Source of the DNA: Armatimonadota bacterium
GTDB taxonomy: Bacteria; Armatimonadota; Fimbriimonadia; Fimbriimonadales; ATM1
Assembly: GCA_040289295.1 (NCBI GenBank)
Contig: PSLA01000001.1
Span: 33,287 to 97,286 of the forward strand
Length of the DNA stretch: 64,000 bases
Direction: 5' to 3'
Shown here piece after piece: positions 56,978 through 64,000 of the stretch (its first letter is position 1; every line of letters starts with the position of its first letter). Both the position numbers and the translations under genes were made by a program. The notes under the pieces were generated by a model. It saw nothing but the letters and a program-made list of their open reading frames with translations. It ran no database searches and was not told where the DNA came from.

Positions 56978-56999
56978 GTTCCGCACGCAGTCTCGTACT

Positions 57000-57032
57000 C
57001 CCTCTCCCTGCGGCAGAGGGTTGGGGTGAGGG
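57000..57032 (+). repeat. Family-1 repeat, copy g (intergenic, between the convergent 822-aa ORF and ftsZ)
   Basis: CCCTCTCCCTGCGGCAGAGGGTTGGGGTGAGGG. Confidence 0.9.
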
Positions 57033-57056
57033 GAACACGGATGCGTTGCGTTACAC

Positions 57057-58325
57057 TTACGACTCCTCTCGCTGCTGCTTGTGCTTGCGGATGAACGCGG
57101 GCACGTCGAGGTCTTCCGGTTGTGTTGACGTTCCGTCCTGCTTTGCGGGGCGAGGGACACCCGTTGCCGGCGCGGTTCCGGGAGGCAAGCTGTTGCCATC
57201 GGTTGCGGCGCGCTCGGTCGCAGGCTGGGGCGTACCGGCGCGCTGATGTACACGCTCGCTCTCTGCGGACGTGGTGGCGCTGGATTCGCGACCCCCTCTC
57301 CCTGTGGGAGAGGGTTGGGGTGAGGGCAGCAGACGCCCCGATTCCGTTCCGGCGGCGCGAGGTGGTCGGGCGGTCGGGTCAAAACCAGCGGCGAGGACGG
57401 TAATGCGGACGTCGCCTTTGAGGGCGTTGTCATACACTGCGCCGAAGATGATGTTGGCGTCGTCCGCCGCCGCAAGGTCTGCGATGTAACTCATCGCCTC
57501 ATTCATCTCCGCTAAGGTGAGGTCCTCCGCGGACGTAACGTTGACGAGGAGTCGGCGTGCGCCGTGGATGTCGCTTTCGAGCAGCGGGTTGGCGACGGCA
57601 GACTGCGCGGCCTGCATCGCACGGTGCTCGCCAGTGCCAATTCCGATGCCCATCAAAGCGGGGCCAGACTGGGACATCACGGCTCGCACGTCTGCGAAGT
57701 CCACGTTGATGAGGCCCGGCACCGTGATGATCTCAGAAATCGCCTGCACGCCTTGGCGCAGTACGTCATCGGCAACGCGAAACGCCTCGATGGTGGATGT
57801 GTGCTTGTCAACTACGGCGAGGAGCCGGTCATTGGGAATAGTGATAATCGTGTCGACGATTTCGGTTAGTTCGGCAATTCCCTTTTGTGCTTTGATTTCG
57901 CGCCCCCGTTCCCACATGAAAGGCTTTGTCACAACGGCGATGGTAAGCGCTCCGACATCCCGGGCGAGCTCCGCGACGATCGGCGACGCTCCGGTTCCGG
58001 TTCCGCCCCCCATACCGGCGGTGATGAAGACGAGGTCCGCGCCGGCAAGCACATCGCGGATCGCTTCTTTGCTCTCTTCGGCTGCTTGCCTTCCCCGTTC
58101 GGGATCGCCTCCCACTCCGAGCCCCCGCGTTACCTTTTCTCCGACTTGGAGTTTCACAGGCGCCTGCGAGTCCTCGAGCGCCTGGGCGTCGGTGTTGATT
58201 GCGACGAACTCGACGCCTCGGACCCCAGTTTCGATCATGCGGTTGACGGCGTTGGAGCCCCCTCCGCCGACGCCTACCACTTTGATTACCGCTTGTCTTT
58301 CAGTGTTCTGCTTCGTTGCACTCAT
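57057..58325 (-). CDS. ftsZ: Cell division GTPase FtsZ
   Basis: [23 protein letters not shown] and the C-terminal peptide [10 protein letters not shown]. Confidence 0.95.
   Translation of the reverse strand: MSATKQNTERQAVIKVVGVGGGGSNAVNRMIETGVRGVEFVAINTDAQALEDSQAPVKLQVGEKVTRGLGVGGDPERGRQAAEESKEAIRDVLAGADLVFITAGMGGGTGTGASPIVAELARDVGALTIAVVTKPFMWERGREIKAQKGIAELTEIVDTIITIPNDRLLAVVDKHTSTIEAFRVADDVLRQGVQAISEIITVPGLINVDFADVRAVMSQSGPALMGIGIGTGEHRAMQAAQSAVANPLLESDIHGARRLLVNVTSAEDLTLAEMNEAMSYIADLAAADDANIIFGAVYDNALKGDVRITVLAAGFDPTARPPRAAGTESGRLLPSPQPSPTGRGGRESSATTSAESERVHQRAGTPQPATERAATDGNSLPPGTAPATGVPRPAKQDGTSTQPEDLDVPAFIRKHKQQREES
57294..57334 (+). repeat. Family-1 repeat, copy h (inside the ftsZ linker-coding region, antisense to the gene)
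   Basis: CCCTCTCCCTGTGGGAGAGGGTTGGGGTGAGGGCAGCAGAC. Confidence 0.92.
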
Positions 58326-58357
58326 GGTGTTGTTTCACTCCTATTATGAAATGGTGG

Positions 58358-59596
58358 TCAAGGAATATCCTCTCTGCTTTTCGATCCGAGAACCGAGCCT
58401 ATGGCGTTCATAAGACGGCGGATGCCCTTCGCTTCCGAGCCTTCTCGCTTGGTCGCCACACTCTTTTGTGCGTGCTTGAGCAAGCCGACAATAGCGGCGT
58501 GCTCATAACTGCTCACAACGTCCCCCAGCCCGTGCAGCGGCGTCGGCTTCGCCACGCGTATCGGTGTGTCGCGGAAAATACGCGCTGCGAGGCGGTCCAG
58601 CCCCGTCAGTGCGGCGCCCCCGCCGGTCAGCACGACGCCTGCGTTCAGGTCGTCAAAAGATGCTATCTGTTCAATCCAGTCGCGGACGAGCGTAAGGTTC
58701 TCCTCTGCGCGGGCTTCGATGATCTCACAGAACACGCGACGCGCCATGGGCCTGGGCTTCTCGGAGCCGATCTGCCTCACGAGCACCGCCTCCTTCTCGC
58801 GGGCATCCGCGGGCACGCAGGAACCCGCCTGAAGTTTGAGTCTTTCGGCCTCTTCGGGAGTCGTCTTCAGAAGTTTCACCAGGTCTGAGGTGATGTGTGA
58901 ACCGCCAATCGGGACGATGCACGAGTTGGTGATGCCGCCCTGGCGGAACACGGCGACGTCGGTCGAATACCCGCCGATGTCTACAACAGCACAGCCCGCT
59001 TGCCGATCGCTTGGCGCGGTTACGCTCTCGCTGGTGGCGAGCGGCTGCAGCACGACGTCCTCGACTTCAATCTGCGCTCGATTCACACAGCGCTCGATAT
59101 TCAAAATGTGAGACTTTAGGCCAGTGACGAGGTAAGCCTCTACCTCGAGGCGCTCGCCGTTCATGCCGACGGGCTTCGTCACGCCAGCCTGGCCGTCCAC
59201 TTTGAACGAGACGGGTACAACGTGCAGTAATTGCCGCTCGGCGGGAATGGGGATGTTCTCGCTGTGCTTAATGACGCGGTGAACGTCCTCGTTCGTAATG
59301 GTTCGCCCCGGAGGCACGATCGGAACGATGCCCGGACTGCGCGTTCCCGTGATGTGTTCTCCGGTAACGCCCAGCACCACGCTGTCGAGTTTACGATCCG
59401 CCATCTGCTCGCATTGGCGAACCGCTCGAAGAATCGCCTGCGCCGTCGTTTCAATGTCAACGACGGTGCCGCTTCGCACGCCGTCGTTGGGCGCCGAGCC
59501 CACAGCGAGAACGCGGAGCAGCCCGCTTTCCTCAACGTCTGCGAGCGCTACCACGACTTTCGTGCTGCCGATGTCCATTGCGGCGACTTGGCTCAT
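58358..59596 (-). CDS. ftsA: Cell division protein FtsA
   Basis: MDIGSTKVVVALA..., VVDIGGYSTDVAVF, actin-like fold. Position upstream of ftsZ. Confidence 0.9.
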   Translation of the reverse strand: MSQVAAMDIGSTKVVVALADVEESGLLRVLAVGSAPNDGVRSGTVVDIETTAQAILRAVRQCEQMADRKLDSVVLGVTGEHITGTRSPGIVPIVPPGRTITNEDVHRVIKHSENIPIPAERQLLHVVPVSFKVDGQAGVTKPVGMNGERLEVEAYLVTGLKSHILNIERCVNRAQIEVEDVVLQPLATSESVTAPSDRQAGCAVVDIGGYSTDVAVFRQGGITNSCIVPIGGSHITSDLVKLLKTTPEEAERLKLQAGSCVPADAREKEAVLVRQIGSEKPRPMARRVFCEIIEARAEENLTLVRDWIEQIASFDDLNAGVVLTGGGAALTGLDRLAARIFRDTPIRVAKPTPLHGLGDVVSSYEHAAIVGLLKHAQKSVATKREGSEAKGIRRLMNAIGSVLGSKSREDIP

Positions 59597-59988
59597 TGCG
59601 CACTACCCTCTTCCGTTTTCTTTTGCTCTCTCACGTCGGCAAGACGTGTCAAAAGGATTCGCCTCAGCACGGAGGCGTTGACGAACATCCTTCCGCCCAG
59701 CGCGATAACGGCTGCAAGATACAGATCCACCCCAAGCGAAGCGCCGAGGAAGACCAACCCGATGGCGAGCACGATGTTCGTAAAAAAACCGCTAACGAAG
59801 ATATCAGGACGGAATCGCTTCTCGGCGGCGGCCCGTGCACCTCCGAGAACGGCGTCTAACCCTGCGACGGCGGCAACTCCGACATAGACCGGCTCCACCG
59901 CTTCGATGATCTGCGGAAAGAAGACGGCAAGCAGCCCGCCCACGATGAGCGCCAACAGGGGCACCAGCAGGGCAACCAGGTTCGTCAC
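59593..59988 (-). CDS. Small basic membrane protein (DUF1290/Sbp-like)
   Basis: 131 aa with 4 TM segments (GVAAVAGLDAVLGGARAAAEKRF...). Position between the DUF881 gene and ftsA, as for ylxX in Bacillus. Confidence 0.65.
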   Translation of the reverse strand: MTNLVALLVPLLALIVGGLLAVFFPQIIEAVEPVYVGVAAVAGLDAVLGGARAAAEKRFRPDIFVSGFFTNIVLAIGLVFLGASLGVDLYLAAVIALGGRMFVNASVLRRILLTRLADVREQKKTEEGSAQ

Positions 59989-60734
59989 TTCTGCTCGTCC
60001 TTCTCCTTTACTACTGGTTTGGCGAACTGAAGTTTCGTGTTGCCTGTGAAGGCGGGCAAAACGATGCGATCCAACTTGCGCACGACCGCCATGTTCGGAT
60101 CGTTGCTTCGGATCGAATCAACCACGCGCCCGGGCATGACGAGCGCGCCGTAAAGGGTATCGGGGTCTCCGATCGCTTGTATCACAACCGGTGAGGAGGT
60201 TGGCACACCTTTGACGTTGACCACCGGGCCTTCGCAACGATAGTAGGTCGTGGCAACCACGCGCTGCCTACCCACGGAAATCGCCTCTGCGCCACTCATA
60301 AACAGTTCATTCACAACGCGGAGAATGTCCACCTCGTGTATCACATATTCTGGCATAAGGATCGGATCCTTCGGTGGCGACTCGCTGTCCTTAAGCACAA
60401 TCTCGATGCCCGGTCCCTCCACTTCGGTAAGACCTGCAAGCACTTTCAAGTCCTGCAGTTGCTCGTTCAACACCTGCGCCTGAGAAGATTGTTCACCAAG
60501 CGCCGTCTGAAGTTGCGTTATCTGTTGGCGGAGGTTCTGTACCTCTTTTTCACGCTCGAACAGCGTCTGCATCACGTCAACCGGTGGTCCGGAAGAGCTG
60601 TCCAGCATGCGCGAAGTAAACGGCGCATAGCCCGGCGGCTTCGGACTCTTCCACGCAGCAACGATCGTGAAGCCGAGGACGAGCGTCATCAACGACGTCG
60701 GAAGAATCCAGTTGTTACGGCTCTGTTTCATCAT
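59985..60734 (-). CDS. DUF881 (YlxW-like) division-associated protein
   Basis: N-terminal TM helix, coiled coil, GPGIEIVLKD, HEVDILRVVNELFMSGAEAISVGRQRV and IQAIGDPDTL. Confidence 0.65.
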   Translation of the reverse strand: MMKQSRNNWILPTSLMTLVLGFTIVAAWKSPKPPGYAPFTSRMLDSSSGPPVDVMQTLFEREKEVQNLRQQITQLQTALGEQSSQAQVLNEQLQDLKVLAGLTEVEGPGIEIVLKDSESPPKDPILMPEYVIHEVDILRVVNELFMSGAEAISVGRQRVVATTYYRCEGPVVNVKGVPTSSPVVIQAIGDPDTLYGALVMPGRVVDSIRSNDPNMAVVRKLDRIVLPAFTGNTKLQFAKPVVKEKDEQK

Positions 60735-60740
60735 GTTGTC

Positions 60741-61484
60741 TTATCTCCAACGGACGGCCGGGCGCTCCGGCACGACCAGATTCACCGTGCGCGCTCGCCG
60801 AAGCAGATCGGGGCTTTGCTCCAACGCCCGCGCCAAGACGGAGACCTTCTCGTCCAACCTTTCCCGGTTGCCAAACTCGACGCGTGCGCCTTCCGTCACC
60901 GTTAAGGCTAACCCACCCGAGGCGAGTAGGCTTAGTTTACCGCCTAAGGAAGGCAACTTTTGTTGTACTTTCGCCGCCAGGTCGAGCAGCCCGCCAAGTC
61001 GACGACTGTCGAAAACGGATAGGTTTGGACTGGATTCCATTAACTTTCCGTCCACCGACAGAGGAGGAGGCTCCCCGATCAGTGGAAAGACAACGCCCTC
61101 AGTGGACACGGCAAACTCCATATCGCCCCGCGTGAACCAAGCCACCGCAGGCCGATACTCGACCTCCAATCGCGCTCGCCCGAAGACGTTTCGACGAAAG
61201 TCTGAGCGTAACACCGCAGGATGCCATTCGACTTGGCGCTCGACCTGAAGTGGGTTGATTCGCAGGGCGGGAATGCCTTCGTAGGCACGCAGCAGTGAGC
61301 CGATTCTCTCGCGGTCCCACGGCGGAACACCGCTGACTCGGACCACGCGAACCTTTGTCATCTCGCTTGTGAACAATCCGGCTAGGACAACTCCGGCGAG
61401 CGCGGTTGAAATCAGCGGCAACTGCACAATCGGAAGGTGCAGTCGAAATCGCCGCGCACGCCTACGCCTACTTCGAGATGCCAT
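60741..61484 (-). CDS. ftsQ: Cell division protein FtsQ/DivIB (POTRA)
   Basis: Arg-rich N-terminus, one TM helix and a POTRA-like VRVVRVSGV... segment. Position between murC-ddl and ftsA. Confidence 0.65.
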   Translation of the reverse strand: MASRSRRRRARRFRLHLPIVQLPLISTALAGVVLAGLFTSEMTKVRVVRVSGVPPWDRERIGSLLRAYEGIPALRINPLQVERQVEWHPAVLRSDFRRNVFGRARLEVEYRPAVAWFTRGDMEFAVSTEGVVFPLIGEPPPLSVDGKLMESSPNLSVFDSRRLGGLLDLAAKVQQKLPSLGGKLSLLASGGLALTVTEGARVEFGNRERLDEKVSVLARALEQSPDLLRRARTVNLVVPERPAVRWR

Positions 61485-63783
61485 ACCTCTCCATCGCGGA
61501 ACGAAGGATGCGCTCGCACAGTTGCGCGAACCCGATACCCACGCTCGCTGCGGAGCGAGGAACGAGGGATGTCGACGTGAGCCCCGGGAGAGTGTTCACC
61601 TCGAGCGCGACAACCTCCTCGTTGCGAGTAACGATGAAGTCGCTACGGCTCAGGTCGCATGCGCCCACAGCGTTGTGCGCGATGAGCGCCGCCTGTCGAA
61701 CCTGTTCCTCTGCCCTCTCGGAGATGCGCGCCGGCACGATCTCTTCCGTGGCGCCGGGCGTGTATTTGGCCGAAAAGTCGTACCGACCTCCCAGGGGTAC
61801 GATCTCGACGGCCGGCAGCGCCTCCTTGCCCACAACCGGCACGCTCACTTCGACACCTTCGACCCACTCCTCTATGAGAGCCGCTTCGTCGTACTTCCAA
61901 GCGATGCGAACGGCTCGTTCCTGTTCATCGCGCCGCCTTACGAACGTCAAGCCGACAGTGGAGCCTTGCGAGTTCGGCTTCACCACAGCCGGGAGCGGAG
62001 CGTTCGGGGGAATCGCCGCTCCTCTGGGTACGAGCATGCCCTCTGGAACGCGCAAACCGGCCGACCTTAAAGCACCCTTAGCGGAGTGCTTATCCATTGC
62101 AAGCGCGCTCGCCGCAACCCCTGACCCCGTGTACGGCACCTCCAGCAGGTCGAGGAGCCCCTGAATACGACCATCCTCCGCGCCGGTGCCGTGCAACGCC
62201 AGAAATGCGACGTCGGGCCGGTCGGGTCCCGTCAGCGCCCGAAGGCCCTCGCCTCCCCAAAGCAACTGCTCTGGATCGAGCGTTATCACGTCGAGGCCCA
62301 ACGACCGAAGCGCATCCGCAACCATCTTGCCGCTCAAGAGTGAGACTTCCCTTTCGGCGGACGCCCCACCTTGAAGGACGGCAACGCGCAACGGACGAGC
62401 GGAACGCTCCAACTCGACGATGAAGGCCCTTGGGAAGGCGTCAATGTTGCCCGCGCCCATCGCTACCACCACATCGCCCGGTACCGCGGAGCGCGCCACC
62501 TCCCGCGCCAATCGGAAGCGTGATGGAACGTAGGAGAGATCTACATCAGCCTGCTCAAGTTGCTGCACGATGAGCAACGAAGAGATGCCCGGTATTGGAG
62601 TCTCGCGTGCGGCATAGATGTCTGTTAGGAATACGCAATCTGCGAGCGCGAGTGTGGGGGCGAACTCGTTCAATAAGTCCCGCGTGCGGCTGTAAAGATG
62701 CGGCTGAAAAACGCACACGAGCCGACGACCGGGATGCGCTTCGCGAAGAGCGCGAAGGGATGCCGCGATTTCCGTTGGGTGATGCGCATAGTCATCGTAG
62801 AGCAGAACGCCGTGATGCTCGCCAAGCGGCTGTAGCCTTCTAACGCAGCCTTTGACGTACTGAACGTACGGCAGCAGTTGTGCGACGTCACAGGAGAGGG
62901 CAACCGATGCGGCGACGACGGCCCCCCACAGGTTCTGGGCGTTGTGCTCGCCGATGAGAGACGGTGTCACGGCAACGGCGCCGTGTTTCAACACCCCTCC
63001 CTCAAACTGTGCGACATAGTCGCCCCGCACAAGACCGTATCCGATCGTTTCGCTGAAACGCGAAGCCACATCGCAAGCGCCCACATCGTCCGCGCAGAAG
63101 ACGAAATTCGGTGCGCCGCTTGCCTTGCGGATAAACGCGGCAACGCTTTCGCGAAGTGCGCCGAACGAGCCGTGGCGATCGAGGTGATCCGCCTCGAGGT
63201 TCGTCAGCACAACCAGATGCGGGTCGAGGTCGAAGTAGCCTTCGTACGCCTCACACGCCTCGACGACAGCCCACGGACCCTCGCCATGCAGCACATTTCC
63301 ATCGAAGCCCAAGACGTCTGCACCCACCAGGGCGAGTGGAGATTCGCCTGCTAGCGCGAGCACCTGTGCGATCGCCGCCGTGACTGTGCTCTTGCCGTGA
63401 GTTCCGGTAACGGCGATGACCTTGTATCCTTCGAGCACGATCCCCAACAGGCGACTTCGGCGGACTCTGGGCAGGCCGAGCCGCGCCGCCTCGACCGCCT
63501 CGGGGTTCTCGTCCAGCGGTATCGCGTCGCTAACGACGACCAGGTCGGCACCTTCCACGGCGCGGGCATGGTGTCCGATGGTGACGCGCGCCCCAAGCTC
63601 GGCGAGATCCGCCGTGGTCTTCGACCTTACCACGTCGCTCCCAGTTACTCGATACTTTCGGGCGAGTAGGACGCGAGCAAGCGCGCTCATGCCGGCACCA
63701 CCGATGCCAATGAAGTGCACCGTTCCCGTCTTAGGCAGGCGTGCATCTGCGCTGAACCAGGTCTGCTCTTCTCGAGTTCTCAT
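61468..63783 (-). CDS. murC-ddl: Fused UDP-N-acetylmuramate--L-alanine ligase / D-alanine--D-alanine ligase
   Basis: The N-terminal half has MurC motifs (HFIGIGGAGMSALA, VTGTHGKST). The C-terminal half is Ddl (LRVAVLQGGASAEREVSLLSG..., ALHGTGAEDGRIQGLL, LEVNTLPGLT). The junction is near 62391. I chose the start at 63783 (MRTREEQ), an ATGA overlap with the murG stop. Confidence 0.9.
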   Translation of the reverse strand: MRTREEQTWFSADARLPKTGTVHFIGIGGAGMSALARVLLARKYRVTGSDVVRSKTTADLAELGARVTIGHHARAVEGADLVVVSDAIPLDENPEAVEAARLGLPRVRRSRLLGIVLEGYKVIAVTGTHGKSTVTAAIAQVLALAGESPLALVGADVLGFDGNVLHGEGPWAVVEACEAYEGYFDLDPHLVVLTNLEADHLDRHGSFGALRESVAAFIRKASGAPNFVFCADDVGACDVASRFSETIGYGLVRGDYVAQFEGGVLKHGAVAVTPSLIGEHNAQNLWGAVVAASVALSCDVAQLLPYVQYVKGCVRRLQPLGEHHGVLLYDDYAHHPTEIAASLRALREAHPGRRLVCVFQPHLYSRTRDLLNEFAPTLALADCVFLTDIYAARETPIPGISSLLIVQQLEQADVDLSYVPSRFRLAREVARSAVPGDVVVAMGAGNIDAFPRAFIVELERSARPLRVAVLQGGASAEREVSLLSGKMVADALRSLGLDVITLDPEQLLWGGEGLRALTGPDRPDVAFLALHGTGAEDGRIQGLLDLLEVPYTGSGVAASALAMDKHSAKGALRSAGLRVPEGMLVPRGAAIPPNAPLPAVVKPNSQGSTVGLTFVRRRDEQERAVRIAWKYDEAALIEEWVEGVEVSVPVVGKEALPAVEIVPLGGRYDFSAKYTPGATEEIVPARISERAEEQVRQAALIAHNAVGACDLSRSDFIVTRNEEVVALEVNTLPGLTSTSLVPRSAASVGIGFAQLCERILRSAMERYGISK

Positions 63784-64000
63784 TGGGCCACTTCCGTTAT
63801 GATGTTCCAAATCCTCTCGGTCGCATCGCGGATGACCCAGCTGCGGAGGGTATCGCTCGCTGCCTGTCGCTTCGCTTCGTCTTCCCGCCAGGTGCGCCAG
63901 GCTGCTGTGAGATGCTCTGGCGTCAACTCGCTTTGCGCGATAACAGTACCGCCGCCGAGCCTCGAGATAACCTCCGCATTGCGCCGCTGATGGTCGGCGT
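63780..64000 (-). CDS. murG: MurG (UDP-GlcNAc transferase), C-terminal 72 codons; gene continues beyond the window
   Basis: My own reverse translation: ADHQRRNAEVISRLGGGTVIAQSELTPEHLTAAWRTW...NIITEVAQ*. DHQ..NA is the MurG C-terminal signature. Position upstream of murC. Confidence 0.75.
   Translation of the reverse strand, partial: ADHQRRNAEVISRLGGGTVIAQSELTPEHLTAAWRTWREDEAKRQAASDTLRSWVIRDATERIWNIITEVAQ

Noticed and set aside
54256-57334. Could the six regularly oriented repeats be a degenerate CRISPR array?
   Set aside because: The spacings are irregular and far too long (264 to 1077 nt). The intervening sequence is continuous coding sequence. No cas genes or leader are present, and copies also occur singly elsewhere.
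57517-58413. 298-aa + strand ORF
   Set aside because: Antisense to ftsZ, and Ser/Thr/Pro/Ala-rich. A shadow ORF.

Overview
GC-rich, densely coding chromosomal segment with about 55 CDS. Many neighbouring genes have stop/start overlaps, which implies long translationally coupled operons. I found no rRNA, tRNA, CRISPR array, transposase, integrase or obvious defence island. All family names come from motifs I recognise in the translations; no database search was possible.

Gene content from left to right:
- Membrane and polysaccharide genes: a GT-C-like protein, a DoxX-like protein and a Wzx-type flippase.
- cysS, a VanW protein, an acyl-CoA ligase, proS, a Tat multicopper oxidase and an RqcH/NFACT homologue.
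- leuB divergent from metH, then a large TPR protein.
- kdsA-dsbD, nhaA and rpsO-pnp.
- A type IV pilus block: MshM/ExeA-like ATPase, HTH protein, pilMNOPQ, pilB, HDOD protein, pilT. No pilC or pilin gene is in the window.
- nusA-ylxR-infB and an orphan REC-ANTAR regulator.
- A BMP-family ABC importer whose ATPase gene carries a frameshift.
- A five-gene coupled operon: tandem PTPS/QueD-like protein, folE, SDR, Gfo/Idh/MocA oxidoreductase and an 822-aa unknown protein.
- The end of a dcw cluster: murG, a murC-ddl fusion, ftsQ, DUF881, small basic protein, ftsA, ftsZ.

Most notable sequence-level observations:
1. A 33-46 nt palindromic repeat has 9 copies in the window. Six of them lie in one 3.1-kb hot-spot. 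Most copies sit in frame inside ORFs, including the FtsZ linker.
2. A second REP/BIME-like repeat of about 25 nt is confined to five intergenic loci.
3. Two genes appear to start at CTG, because no canonical start precedes an essential N-terminal motif.
4. One extra C in a C5 run splits the ABC ATPase.
5. The PTPS-GCHI-SDR operon looks more like a reduced-pterin pathway than a queuosine pathway.

No clearly novel multi-gene system (for example a defence system) is evident. The pterin operon with its 822-aa orphan protein, and the ORF-invading repeat, are the best leads.
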